A stretch of 64,000 nucleotides of DNA from the human T2T-CHM13v2.0 reference genome, Homo sapiens. The position numbers were made by a program, and so were the translations under genes. The stretch lies in the NCBI RefSeq assembly GCF_009914755.1, contig NC_060943.1; one strand, given 5' to 3'. The stretch's first letter is position 1. Each line of letters starts with the position of its first letter. The notes under the pieces were generated by a model that saw only the letters and a program-made list of their open reading frames with translations, was not told where the DNA came from and did no database searches. Positions 1 to 15,091 of the stretch are shown here, one piece after another.

Positions 1-29
1 GCCTAACAGATTGTCAAAGATCAACTTTC

Positions 30-600
30 GATCACACTGGTTTGGCAAGGTAGTGCTGTAAATTAAAAAAGAGGAATATGTGGTGATAGTTTCCAAATTT
101 TAAAATGCATATACCTTCTGACCAGCAATCTCATCTCTAAAAATGTATCTGTCAGATCTATACATACGTGTGCACACAGAGATGTATGTACAAGGAAATT
201 TATCACAGCAAAAGACTGGAAACAAACTAAATGTCCATCAACAGAAGAGATGTAAATTATGGTCAATCCATAAAACGGAACACTGTACAGCCTTTGAAAT
301 CAACAAGGCAGCTCTGTATGTACCGATATGGCACAATTTCTGAGATCATACAGTTAAGTAAAAAAAAAAAAAAAAAAAAAGCAACTGCAAAACATTGTGT
401 ATAGTGTGCTTAGGGTGTACGTATTTGCATAGAATCTCTGTGGAAAACACAATCAGCCACTAACAATGGTTCTTTTGTAGGAAGAACTAGGGGACTGGTA
501 ACAGGGTGGGAGAGACTTACAATTCATTATAAACTCATTTTGTTTTGAATTGTATACCGTATATAAGTATTAACTACTTGAAATGTACACATAAAAATAA
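30..600 (+). mobile_element. Old, degraded L1 (L1ME-like) 3' fragment
   Basis: Diverged L1 ORF2-end/3'UTR-like phrases (gaccagcaatctcatctcta, ggaaacaaactaaatgtccatcaacag), ending in an A-rich aataaa region. Confidence 0.6.
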
Positions 601-665
601 GACACTTCCAAAACTGCTTTGGATTGTAATTCAAATAAAAAGTCAATATTTACGAAGAAAAGACT

Positions 666-965
666 GGCCAGGCTCAATGGCTCACATTTGTAATCCCAGC
701 CTGTTGGGAGGCTGTGGCAGGAGGATCACTTGAACCCAAGAGTTCAAGATCAACTTTGTTTTGGACAACAAAGTGAGACCCGTCTCTACAAAAAAATATA
801 AAAATCAGCTGAGCTGGTGGTGCACACCCGTAGTCCTAGCTACTCAGGAGGCTGAGGCAGGAGGATCGCTTCGGCCCAGGAGGTCGAGGCTGCAGTGAGC
901 TATGATTGCACCACTGTACTCCAGCCTGGGTGACAGAGCAAGATCCTGTCTGAAAAAAAAAAAAA
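666..965 (+). mobile_element. Alu (AluJ-like)
   Basis: Dimeric Alu with diverged arms and an A tail. Confidence 0.9.
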
Positions 966-1085
966 GAAAGAGAGAAAGAAAGAAAGAAAAAATAAAGAAG
1001 GGAGGGAGGGAGTAGGGGAGGGAGGGAAAGAAGTCACAGAGGAGAGGACAGAAGTAGAAGGATACAAGAAGGGCGGGTGGGGGCT
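966..1085 (+). repeat. Polypurine (GA/GGGA-rich) low-complexity tract
   Basis: gaaagagagaaagaaag...ggagggaggggagtaggggagggaggg, directly after the Alu tail. Confidence 0.8.
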
Positions 1086-1186
1086 GCCACTGGGGGACAG
1101 GGGCTTGCTTCCCTTCACCGTCCTTCCCGCATCCCCCCTTGACCATTTCTCTGTTCTAATCCAGCCTGGATTCACATTTCTTTTTC

Positions 1187-1510
1187 ATTTTTTTTTCTTT
1201 TTTTTTTTTTTTTTTTTTTTTGAGACAGACTCTCACTCTGTCACCCAGGCTGGAGTGTAGTGGCACAATTTCGGCTCACTGCAACCTCTGCCTCCCAGGT
1301 TTCAAGCAATTCTCTTGCCTCAGCCTCCTAAGTAGCTGGGATTACAGGCATGTGCCACCACGCCCAGCTAATTTTTGTATTTTTAGTAGAGATGGGGTTT
1401 TTCCATGTTGGCCTCACTGAGGCTGGTCTTAAACTCCTGACCTCAGGTGACCCACCTGCCTCAACCTCCCAAAGTGCTGGGATTACAAGCGTGAGCCACC
1501 GTACCTGGCC
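1187..1510 (-). mobile_element. Alu (AluS-like)
   Basis: Poly-T followed by the reverse-complement Alu consensus. Confidence 0.92.
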
Positions 1511-2559
1511 TGAATTTGCATTTCTTCCTTAATCTCCTCACATCTTCCATTCTCCTCTCACTTCCCATTTATTCTCCTCTGCATTTCCATTCACTCTCCT
1601 AGTGGTCAATTCTCATTTCAATTTCTCTGGTTTCTCATGTTCTGCCTGTCTCTGAGGATTCTCCCCAGCCCCCTCCATGAGGAGGACCAGAGCCAGCCCT
1701 TCTGTGCTCGTGCCAGTGTACAACCGGGCTTGCCAGGTACACACTGCGTGCACCCGGGACGCCCAAATAGTGTGAACAAGCCGCGTTGCGGTTAACAGCC
1801 CCATCTGTCATCTGCCCTCTTCTGGAACTCAAAGTGTTCAGCAGAGAGTTGTCTGTGTATCTTCTTCTCTAAGTCCAGATACCACAGTGATGAACAATAT
1901 ATCTGCCCCTTGACCAGCACTGGCCAACATGTAGAAGAAATGCATCCAGGATGGGGTCTAAAAATCTGGAGATATTTCACGCATTTGGGGTGGGTCTCAG
2001 ATAGGGACCCAGGAACACCCAGTACTAGCTGAATGTCTGTACTGAATACGTCAGCAGAGGTGGTAAGAGAACTCCACACACAGAGGAGAAAACGGAGCTG
2101 AAGGAAGGAGGTGAGTGCCTCCAACTGTTCCGCATCATGCGTTTACTGCATTTAACTTGCTTTCCCTTTTTCCTCTTTTATTAAAGCAAATCTCCTGCTA
2201 TGTTTATAACTCCTTTCAACGGTACGTCAACGGTGAAGCCAAAATTCTATTTAACATTGCTCAATAATTCAAATTCCATCAAACATCCATCAAAATACTT
2301 TTATAAGCCGCTGATATGAAGCATTTCGAAAAGGTGCACATTTCATCTCTCCAAACCCACACAGGAACTGGTTGGTTTTCTTTTGATATTAATTTGAAAT
2401 GCTACAGTCCAAAAGATTAGGATTCCTGCACCGACTTAGTGAGTTTTTCAACTTGATCCACCTTGAAAACAGACACATTGTTTTTATTCTATTTGATGGT
2501 TATTGCAAAAGTTACAAGCAAACCAATAAACAGTTTATGTCATCTTAAAGAGATGCCTT

Positions 2560-2852
2560 GGCTGGGCGTGGTGGCTCACGCCTGTAATCCCAGCACTTTG
2601 GGAGGCCAAGGCGGGCGGATCACGAGGTCAGGAGATCGAGACCATCCTGGCTAACATGGTGAAACCCTGTCTCTACTAAAAACACAAAAAATTAGCCGGG
2701 CGCGGTGGCGGGCGCCTGTATTCCCAGCTGCTCGGGAGGCTGAGGCAGGAGAATGGCGTGAACCCAGGAGGCGGAGCTTGCAGTGAGCCAAGATAGCACC
2801 ACTGCCCTCCAGCCTGGGCGAAAGAGCGAGACTCCATCTCAAAAAAAAAAAA
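2560..2852 (+). mobile_element. AluY with target-site duplication
   Basis: AluY-type segments (gatcacgaggtcaggagatcgagaccatcctggctaac; gaatggcgtgaacc); TSD aaagagatgcctt at 2547-2559 and 2850-2862. Confidence 0.93.
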
Positions 2853-3168
2853 GAGATGCCTTGGCAGATTTCTGGCATATGGAAATCCTTCTCCATTTTT
2901 CTCACAGAGACCCTCCAAGAGAAGGTGAACATGGTAAGCCCTGCCACACCATGTTACAGAGATTCTCCAGAAAGGAAAATGGTGCAGAAACTGGGCACTT
3001 GGCAGGATGGTTGAGCCCAGGCCTCTGCTCCGTGAGCTCCCAGCTGCACCACCTCTCTGCTTTTCCCATCCCTGAGACCCTTCCAGCTCTAAAATTCTAC
3101 GACATTACCTCTGAGATAAACAACAGAAGAAGAGCAGGACAGCAAAAATGGAGAGCAATGAAAAGTAT

Positions 3169-3592
3169 GGCCAGGCACGGTGGCTCACACCTGCAATCCC
3201 AGCACATTGGGAGGTGGAGGCAGGAGGATCGCTTGAGCCCAGGAGTTCAAGACCAGCCTGGTCAACATAGTGAGCTCCTGTCTCTACTAGAATATTTTTT
3301 AAATAGGCAGGCATGGTGGTACCTGCCAACAGTCCCAGCCACCTGGGAGGCTGAGGCAGGAGGATCACTTGGGCCCAGGAGTTTGAGACCAGCCTGGGCA
3401 ACATAGTGAGATCTATATCTCTACAAAAAAAATTAAAAATTAGCCAGGCTTGGTGGCACATGCCTGTAATCCCAGCTACTCAGGATGCTGAGGCAGGAGG
3501 ATCACTTCAGCCCAGCAGCCGGAAGCTGCAATGAGATATGATCATGCCACTGGACTCTAGCCGGGACAAAGCAAGACCCCAACTCTGAAAAA
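3169..3592 (+). mobile_element. Composite three-arm Alu (AluJ-age)
   Basis: Left arm, chimeric middle arm and right arm in tandem. Confidence 0.8.
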
Positions 3593-3609
3593 AGAGAATA
3601 AGAGTATAC

Positions 3610-3750
3610 AATGCATGCGGGACTTAAAATCTAGATGATGGGTTGATAAGTGCAACAAACCACCATGGCACATGTATACCCATGTAACAAACCAGCACAT
3701 TCTGCACACGTATCCCGGAACTTAAAGTAAAATAAATAAAAAATAAAAAA
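3610..3750 (+). mobile_element. L1PA 3' terminal fragment
   Basis: aaaccaccatggcacatgtataccc...aacttaaagtaaaataaa matches the L1PA 3' end. Confidence 0.85.
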
Positions 3751-4256
3751 TGTTTTTAAAAAAGGAACTGTGTTAGAATAAAAGACACTTGAGAGACTGA
3801 AAAACTATAGAAAAAAAAAAAAAGAAAGAAAAGCTTAAATCAAGCCTGAGTCCCAATCAGAGACAGGAAATGGACTTCCATTGTCTTCCCATTTTTTTGG
3901 GATTTTACACAGACACGAATTAAGAGAGACTATTTTTCTTTTGCCTCCAGATCCCTTCTTCCACCTTCTGTGTAATCATCTGCAATCATCTCAAGCATAT
4001 AAATAGACACTTTTAAAAGCACCCCCACCTCAGGAGGTGTCCAAACTGGGTTTTGAAATGGCACCCTGGAAATCCAAGATCTCCTGAAGATGCAAGGCAT
4101 GACATAAAATGAGGACGCAGTGGGCAGATGTGATCTCTGAGTAATGGCTGGGGCTTCAGGAAGCTGACCCCTGAACCAAACAAGCAAGCATGGTGGCTGC
4201 AGAATTATGGCCCATGAAAGAGCCAAAGGGTGGGATTAAGAGACAGATGGACTCCC

Positions 4257-4543
4257 GGCTGGGTGCCATGGCTCACGCCTGTAATCCCAACACTTTAGGA
4301 GGCTGCGGTGGGAGGCTCCCTTGAGCTCAGGAGTTCAAGACCAGCCTGGACAACATAGTGAGAGACCCCATCTCTACAAAAAAATAAAAATAAAAATTAT
4401 CTGGGCATGGTGGCACATTCCTATAGTCCTAGCTACTCTGGATGCTGAGGCAAGAGAATCACTTCAGCCCAGGAATTCAAGACTACATTGAGCCATAATT
4501 GCCCCACTGCACTCCAGCCTGGACAACAGAGCAAGACCCTGTT
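4257..4543 (+). mobile_element. Alu (AluJ-like)
   Basis: Dimeric Alu; TSD-like agatggactcc at about 4245-4255 and 4611-4621. Confidence 0.9.
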
Positions 4544-5571
4544 CCAAGCTGGGTTTTGAGATGACACTCTAGAAATCCAAGAAAAAATTTTTTTTTTTTT
4601 TTTTGTAGAGAGATGGACTCCTAAAGACAGTACTTGGGAGTGGAGAAGGAATTATCTACAAGGGAAGAATTAAAGAGAATGAATGCATGGTAGGGCACTG
4701 ACCTCATCAACCAAGGAATCTGAGATGAGGCCTGCCATGAACAACACTGGTGACCACCAATCTGATATGGGGTCTCCCTGTTGACTCTATCCCAGCATTG
4801 TACAGAAGTGGATTGGACAGAATTACTGCAACCACCGGCGTTACAGGGTTTCGAAGACTTTTATTCTGCATTTAAGAGATTTACAGGAAATCTCCAGGCA
4901 GTTAAGCTGCGGGGCTGAGCGTGCCTCTCAGCTGGCTGGAAGCCAATCATTTGGAGGGTCGTTCTAATTCCTGGGATATGCAGTCATACAGTCAGGAAGC
5001 AGCCCTGACCCCGCTAAGGTCAGTGTCGTGGCCAACTACCCTGAGCTCAATTTAGAGACATAACTATGGCAACAACTGTGCCCAATCGGTTATTAGAGGA
5101 GATTTATTGACGGATATGCTTGAATAGCAGAGCCATTAATTGCAATTACCAGACAAGACACTTTGTTCATCTCGGGGAACTGAATGCCAAAATGCCCTAA
5201 CAACTTTAAAATCGCATTTGCTCTTGGGCGCTCCGCTGGTGTCACTGCACCTGCCCAGCTTCCCAGTCCTGAGATGGAGAGGATAAGGGGCTGAGCCTGA
5301 CATGGCACCAGCTGGAGAAATCCACAGTGCTGGGTCCTGAGGCACGAGGCAGAGGAACCTTCCATAGACCCTGCAAGGCCCTTCACAGAGGTGAGGGAAG
5401 CATGAGCTGTCCCGCTCCACCCAGCGCCCCTTCTCCAGGTCTGTTCTCACACTGCTATAAAGACATACCTGAGACTGGGTCATTTACAAAGAAAAGAGGT
5501 TTAATTGGCTCATGGTTTTGCAGGTTGTACAGGCTTCTGCTTCTGAGGAGGCCTCAGGAAACTTACAATCA

Positions 5572-6243
<672 letters not shown>

Positions 6244-6904
6244 CAAAGTGCCACACACTTTTAAACAACGAGACAGTACTGGCAGGGGGGTGCTAAACCA
6301 TTAGGTACCACCCCCATGATCCAATCACTTCCCACCAGGCCCCACCTCCAACACTGGGGAATACAATTGCACATGAGATGTGGGTGGGGACACAGAGCCA
6401 AACCATATCAGATCTCACCAACAGAGCACTGGAATATCTTCTGCCTTTGCTCTGCCAATCCACACCTGTCATTTCCTTTGAGATTTCCCTAAGTGGCCTT
6501 GCTATGTTTGGTGGTGTTCGGCCCTGGCTCTAATCACTTTGTGGTCCCCTGAGCCTGGAAGAGTCAGTCCCTGGATATCAGCCTTCTGGTCTTCCTCAGG
6601 GCAGCCTCCTCTGAACACCCCATTTCTCTAAAACAGGAACCTCCACCTCCCTCATGTACCTTCCATCCCTTCACTCTGTTCTAGTTTCATCCAGCACTGA
6701 AATTACACTTCGCATTGGTCTGCCTCTTTGCCTGTTTATTTCCGTCTCTTTCACTAGATTCTAAGGTCCAGGAGAGCAGAAATTTGGTCTATTCCTTCCA
6801 CCACTGTATCCTTGGTGCCAAGTACAGCACCCGACACACAGCTGGTACTCAAAAAATACTTATTTTTTTGTTTGTTTGTTTGTTTTTCTCTGTTGTGTTC
6901 TTGT

Positions 6905-7052
6905 TTTTGAGACAGGGTCTCATTCTGTCGTCCAGGTTAGAATGCAGTGACATGATCACAGCTCACTACAGCCTCGAACTCCTGGCCTCATGCAATCCTC
7001 CCACCTCTGCCTCCAAAAGTGCTGGGATTACAGGCATGAGCCACTGTGCCCC
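6905..7052 (-). mobile_element. Alu monomer (FLAM-like) within an L2 fragment
   Basis: Single antisense Alu arm; flanks resemble the L2 3' end (aaatatttgttgcatgaatgaatg). Confidence 0.75.
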
Positions 7053-7213
7053 TTGAGAAATATTTGTTGCATGAATGAATGGACTCAGTACATTCTGAAG
7101 TTGTGCTTACAGGGACCTTCTCTATCCAACTAGATCATGGCTTCTGTGAAAGCAGGGATTCTCTCCCTACTCATCCCTTCTTCCTCAGCACCGTGCATAA
7201 CTTAGATGCTTTA

Positions 7214-7588
<375 letters not shown>

Positions 7589-8393
7589 CTATCCACACAT
7601 CAGAATAAGAAAAAGCACATGTCCACCACTTTTCTAGGGAAAAATAAGAGCTAACACTTAAAGAATGCTTTCTCCCGGGAGAGTTGTAAGTGCTCTCCAA
7701 GGTATTCATTCATAAAATTCACAGGACAACACTAGGAGTTGGGGGATAGAATTTTCTGCTCGTGAAAGGTGAGGACTTGGAGTTACACAGCTAGCAAGTG
7801 ACAGTGATGGAAACAGGTCCAGGCACTCCAGACAGAATCTCTGCCCTTAACCCCCATACTAGGCTTTCTCTTTCTTCTGACTTTGAAAACTAGGATAAAT
7901 TCAAAAACAATTAGAAAAACATCCCAAGAGAGGACTTTGGGTGCTAACCCTCTGCTCTGCTCCCTTGAGTTTATCTTTTATTTTTTCTTTCCAAGTAGAT
8001 TGCAAGTTACAAATCCCTGCTCCAAATTAAGATGTCACGTGATAATCTCTCCCTTACAGGTTAAACTTCAAGACTATGCTTAACCTGCGGTTAGTGAGGC
8101 ACATGAAGGTCTTTCCAAGAGAGAGTTGAATGCAGCTCTTCCCCGAGCTGTAAGAATGCAACCCCAGATTAAATTGGCAGAGCGAAGGCGGGAGCAGGCA
8201 GAGACAGCTTGGACTCTCTGCCAAGGGTGTAGAGTACAAGAATTTCCAGCTAACAAAGATGAACTTCTCCACTGATGCAAAACTGGCCCCCTCAGGTGTC
8301 CTTGTGATTTACATCATTTCAGTGTTAATATGCAGGGGGGCCTTTGATAAATAAGACCCTTTAAGTAACTGGAATTTTCTATACTCAACACTA

Positions 8394-8748
<355 letters not shown>

Positions 8749-9692
8749 ATCAAGATTTCCTCAGTGGATCCAACAACCCACATAAATATAACCTTTGATA
8801 ACCCATAGTGTCTACCATCCAGTTCTCTATTTTACACAGTTAAATGGAGCAAAGTGATATTGGGTAGACAGATCTGAAGTACTACAAGAATCTACTAGTA
8901 CCATGCCAGATGCTGATACAACATTGTGGACGACCCCACAGAATCCACAGTCTATAGAAGGGAGTGGCCATTCATCCCCAAACTACACAGATAAACTGCA
9001 ACTATAGCAAGGGGCACATGGTGTTAAGAGAGGGTAAAGAGATTTTAATCTGGTCACAGAGGTCAATGAAGGCATCCCTGAGAAAATAGCTCTTTCGTTA
9101 AGACCTGAAGGAAGAGTAAGAGAATGAATGGGGAGTAGGGAGAGACAGTGAGGACACGGAGCTTGGTGCAGCTGGAAAACCAAAGTGTAGATTGGTGAGG
9201 ATGGGCAGGTGTGATGGGGCTGAGGCTGGGGCAGTGCCCAGGGACATCAGGCTGGACCTCGAAGATGAAATAAATGTCTGGATCTTTATGAGCAGCCACT
9301 GGGGACCTTTAGGCTCTTTCAGAAAGGGAAAGATTCGAGGATTATGTAGAAGGTGAAACTGACAACCTGCTATGCATCCGTTCTGCACACTTGCTGAGGC
9401 AGGAGACTGGACAAACACACTAAAGAGAGAAAAAGAAAGGTCAACAGCAAGGGCTGAAATAAAAAGGACTTGCTGGCCCATCTTAAGGTAAACAGAAAAA
9501 CACTGAGGGCACACATCTCCAGAGTGGTACAGTCAGGCCAAGTTTTGCTACTCTCAGCTAACTGCAAATGTACACTTCTGCAAATGGCCCAGAAACGAAT
9601 CTCAGAGCTTGATAACAATGAGTCAACCCATCTTCAACCATGGAGATGGGTTCTATTTTGCACTGCTCTCACTAAAACAAAACAAAAATCTA

Positions 9693-10007
<315 letters not shown>

Positions 10008-10312
10008 TCCAAAAATCTATAACATAGCTATTATTCTTGCGATGACACCAACATTATTATGCATCCGTAGAGCAGGATACTTGTTTTAATCTGCACAAAA
10101 ATCACAGCATGTTCATGCTGGGAGGAAACTTAAACATTATCTGAATATTTGTGTACTTTTCCAGTATTCTCACAGATGTTTTCATATATAGTTTATTTTC
10201 TGTTAACATGTATGTTTGGTGTCCCCTAATTAAACTACGCGTGTTTTTCATGTGGGCTATACCATGTGTACTGCCTTTCAAGTTACCCTCATTCCCATCT
10301 AAGCACCAGTGG

Positions 10313-10313
<1 letters not shown>

Positions 10314-10352
<39 letters not shown>
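10314..10352 (+). repeat. (CA)n microsatellite
   Basis: About 19 CA units. Confidence 0.95.
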
Positions 10353-10357
<5 letters not shown>

Positions 10358-10514
10358 CCCCACCCACACACACACGACTGTACTCAGAGGAGCTTAATCA
10401 ACACTGTTAGTTGACTGACTTACTGACAACAGACCAAAGGCTGCCTCTGAGACTGATGGTCAAAGCCATGAAGGCAAGAGATGTATTTAGTCTCCATTTA
10501 AAAGAATCTGATTC

Positions 10515-10810
10515 GGCTGAGCTCAGTGGCTCATGCCTGTAATCCCAACAATTTGAGAGGCCAAGGAGGGCAGATCACCTGAGGTTAGGAGTTCAAGACT
10601 GGCCAACATTGTAAAAGCCTGTCTCCACTAATATAAAAATCAGCCGGGCATGGTGACAGGCCCTGTTATTCCCAGCTACTTAGGAGGCTGAAGCAGAAGA
10701 ATCACTTGAACCCAGGAGGCAAAGGTTGCAGTGAGCTGAGATCATGCCACTGCACTCCAGCCTGGGCAACGGAGCAAGATTCTGTCTCAAAAAAAATAAA
10801 AATGAAATGA
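10515..10810 (+). mobile_element. Alu (AluS-like)
   Basis: Full dimer; TSD aaagaatctgat. Confidence 0.9.
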
Positions 10811-10835
10811 AAGAATCTGATAAAAATATAAGGGA

Positions 10836-11152
10836 GCCAGGCATGGTGGCTCATACCTGTAATCCCAGCACTTTGGGAAACCGAGTCAGAAGGAGTGCTT
10901 GAAATCAGGAGTTTGAGACCAGGGTGGGCAACATAGCAAGACCCCCATCTCTACCAAAAAAAAAAAAAATTAATTAGCCAGGTGCAGTAGCATGCACCTG
11001 TAGTCCTGGCTACTCTGGAGGCTGAGGTGGGAGGGTCACTTGAGTCCAGGAGTTGGAGGCTCAGCTAGGAGTCAGTAGGTAGGATCAGGCCATTGCATTC
11101 CAGCCTGGGCCACAGAGAGAGACCCTGTGTCAAAAAAACAAAACAAAACAAA
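10836..11152 (+). mobile_element. Alu (AluJ-like)
   Basis: Diverged dimer with (CAAAA)n tail. Confidence 0.88.
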
Positions 11153-12189
11153 CAACCATAGGGGAGAGATGAAATGAACCGCCAAAGACTTGCTCCACCG
11201 GCTCTTCAAAGGATGGGAAAAACCAAAAGCGGCTAGAACCTGAGGCCCCAGCCCCTCTCCGTGCAGGAAAGTTGGTTCTGTCACTCATGGGAAGAGTGGA
11301 CCTGGATTAAACAGGAAAGCTGAGAAGGATGCCACATCCCTGGTTAAAAGGTCAGGGGGAAAATGAGTATATCAAGCAAACTGAGAGGTGTTGCAATTTC
11401 AGAAGCAAAGTAATTTTCTTAGATGACAGCATAAGCCACTTTCAGCTTTTTCTTTTCTTTGATCCATCAGCGTTGCCCTGGCCACCAACCAAGTTCACAC
11501 AGTCCAAGCAGACATTCTGGATTGCATCAACATGTTAGCACTCTTCGTTTTCAAAATGTAGACCATATATAGCTAAGATTAAACCTGTAGCAACCAGCCC
11601 CTAGATGTCATTGTTGCTGCTGAAATATCAACTCTTGAGTCTTGGAATTTTTACATCTGAAGAGATAGCAGTGTTCATCTGAATAAGCCCCTTAAATAAT
11701 GCAAATTCAATTCACTTTCGGTTTTTCAAAGCCAAGTCCAAAGTCTTCTGGACTTCTTAACCAAAATGCAACTAAATCTTAGGGTGTTAGCACACATTCA
11801 GTTGCCAACAAAATCCGCATTCAGGAAAAATAGGCTGAAAAACCCACGTAGTCGTATGTGACATTCCTAACGTGCTCACATCAAATTCCACGACATAAGC
11901 TGATTATGGAGTCGCTGGGCGATTCTGCCCTTCTTCTTTTCGTGTGTTGTCTGACTTCTGTGCCTGCCTCTGTCATCGGTGTCTGGAGCTCAGAGCCGTC
12001 TGTGCCTTGCGAACAGCAGCTTCCAATCAAGGGCGCGTGGAAGAGCAGAAGCGCCCACCCTGTTTCCAACAAGCCATTGAATGCGACATATTCTTTGTTC
12101 ACAGTGTCCTTCAACTCCATCTCTTCCTTCCATTTCATATCATTCCAGTCCCAGTCTTTGCAAGAACAATACTTTATTGTTTACTGATT

Positions 12190-12330
12190 GCTTTCTATGA
12201 GTCAGACACACATTCGGTTCTTTAAACTTTTCAATGGCCCTGTAAGGTAGGTATGAAGTAACTGAGGCACAGAGAGGTACAGTAACTTGCCCAGGACACA
12301 CAGCTAGTGAGTGCTAACAGGTTTTGAAGC
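12190..12330 (-). mobile_element. MIR fragment
   Basis: aactgaggcacagagaggtacagtaacttgcccaggacacacagctagt, the MIR core. Confidence 0.7.
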
Positions 12331-13288
12331 ACAGGGTCAATGAAAACCGGTCCACAGACTAGATTCTTAGGGCCTCTCTGTGGCCAACTCCCTTGTCTCT
12401 AACTGGATGCCACGTTTATTCTCTTTCCAAGCCTCCGGCCCTCAATCTCACACCCTATCTTCCCAAAAGATGCTTTTGAGTAGCTCCTCCAATAAACTTT
12501 ATGCTTGGGAGCATGTCTGCTAAATGAAATCACTTTTTTCTTCGATCATTCAGTGTTTACTGAATGTAGCTACATTTTAGGCCCTGTTCTAGGCCGGGAG
12601 GGCAGGAGAGATATTGATGAACAAAACTGACAAGCTCCCCTGGGCTCTTGAAGCTCATTTCCCACCAGGGTAGACACGTGTTGAGGCAGTGATTACACAT
12701 GGAATTAATGACAAGAGAGTGAAGTCCACAAAGACGCAGGAAATCACACAAGCAGAGCGCCCGACATGGGCCCTCCAACAGAAGGCCCTCAACAGAGGCC
12801 TGCTGCCTGTCTCTGCCTGGCCCAGTCCCAGCCCCAATCTGCCTTTCTGGCCAGAGCTCTTCCTGCTCCCCATACTGAGTCCTCCAACCCCAGCAGAGGG
12901 GTCTCCACGATCCAGATAGATGCCCTGTGTCCGTGTGCACCTCCCTGCTCCATTCAGGTTGGTCCATTTTCTTCCACGTGCCAAGGTGACCCATTCTTGA
13001 ACTTAGGTAGCTCAGATTCTGCTTTCCCATTACCTGGTCCTAGGGATGTCCCTGCAGGTGGCCTAGAGATATGAGTGGAAGGAGGAGGCCTGATGCAAGA
13101 GGGATGGACATGGCAGCCTGACCACCTAATCATGAAGCTTCATGCACCCCACAGCTCCACTCATGCCTAATTCTGGATGCACCACTTATACCTGGCGACA
13201 GATTTCTACTGGGCCTTCCTGCCTTCTGGCCTTGTGGAGCTGAAGATGAGGCCAGAAGGGGCATGCAATTTGCTATTTGCAGTGTGGA

Positions 13289-13670
13289 TGATACGGTTTG
13301 GCTCTGTGTCCCCACCCAAATCTCATCTCAAATTGTAATCCCCATATGTCGGGAGGGTCCTGGTGGGGGTGATTAAATCATGAGGGCGGACGTCTCCCTT
13401 GCTGTTCTCATGATAGTGAGTGAGTTCTCATGAGATCTGGTTGTTTGAAGTTTGTGGTACTTCCCCCCTTACTCTGTCTCTCTCCTGCTCCAACCATGGT
13501 AAGATATGCTTGTTTCCTCTTGCCTGATGCCATGATTGTAAGTCTCCGGAGGCCTTTCAGTCACGCTTCCTCTTAAGCCTGCAGAACTGTGAGTCAATTA
13601 AACCTCTTTTCTTCATAAATTACCCAGTCTCAGGTAGCTCTTTAGAGCAGTGTGAGAACGGACTAATATA
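13289..13670 (+). mobile_element. MSTA MaLR solo LTR
   Basis: tgatacggtttggctctgtgtccccacccaaatctcatc...ggactaatata; 5-bp TSD-like gtgga / gtgaa. Confidence 0.9.
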
Positions 13671-13717
13671 GTGAACTTTCTCTGGGTACGATATGCATTT
13701 TTTCCTTTCCTTTATCA

Positions 13718-14075
<358 letters not shown>

Positions 14076-15059
14076 ACATCCCAGAAGGTCAAATACTATA
14101 CCATGTTCCCTCTGCTTGGTCTTCCCCAGTATACGAAGAGCTCAAGCTGGGAATCTTAGAAGATAGACTCCTTGCAATCTGCAGTTATCCATTTACTGAT
14201 GTCTTAAGCAAGAAGTAGAACTCCCAGCCAGTCGGTGATGATGCCAGCAGCTCCTCCTAGTCTATCACCTCAAAAGGAGCTGTCAAAATAACAAATGACA
14301 TATTTTTAAGTTGCAGGATTACCCCTTAGCTGGGCTTTCTTGGTTTGATTAGCAGTTACTTTTCCTTTTAGTGTCTTTCTTCATCTTCTCCTCCTTCTTC
14401 TTTTCATTTTCTTCCTCTGCTCCACTCATCAATAAAGGCCACTGTTTTCAGGAAACTGCTTCCCTAGGAAGAATTGAACAGTATACTATTACAATCATAT
14501 TGTCTTGTTCAGAAGCAGGTGGTATTACCTGTCAACAGGGGTTTGGGGCAGAGCAAATAGCTCCCACCCAGCTCGGTGAAGCCACTCCCTGGCTCCTGGG
14601 TAGAGAAAAATGGCCAAAGAAGAGAGCTCTTTGGAGGCCTCAAAATCTCATTTTCATTCCCTTTGCAGAGAAGAGACTGACTTTATTGACAAAGACGACT
14701 GAAAATTGCTTGAGCGTTCCAATAACCAGTCTGCGTTGAGGCAGAAAGACAGTCTGGCGGAGGCAAGCTCCCTGCTCCACCGCTAGCTCCGCCGAGCCAC
14801 GCTTTCCTGCAGCACCAGTCTGTGGCATATGCAGACTAGACTGAAAGGAGCCTCCTGTCGGCCTCAAAAGCAGCCCCCCTCCACCTCCACTCCCAGCCTG
14901 CTGGTGCGTTTCCTGGATCCCAATCACAAATCAACACGAATGCAGGGAATCTCTGCCAGACACCAAACTCTTAGGCTGATTCAGGAGCTTGGGGTCAGGC
15001 CTAAGTTGGCTTGGACCAGGCACAGGTCCCATTTTCCACTGGAGTGCCCTGTGGCTTGG

Positions 15060-15091
15060 CTGCACATTGCGCGTGGGCCACTAGATGTCAC
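15060..15091 (+). promoter_or_regulatory. Candidate CTCF site (core CCACTAGATGTCAC plus upstream CTGCA module)
   Basis: Core at 15078-15091 matches CCASYAGRKGGC with one substitution; CTGCA begins 18 nt upstream of the core. Confidence 0.5.

Noticed and set aside
11480-12180. Unique-looking stretch considered as a possible processed pseudogene
   Set aside because: No recognisable protein similarity in the ORFs, and no poly-A tail or TSD. A BLASTX search would be needed to exclude it fully.
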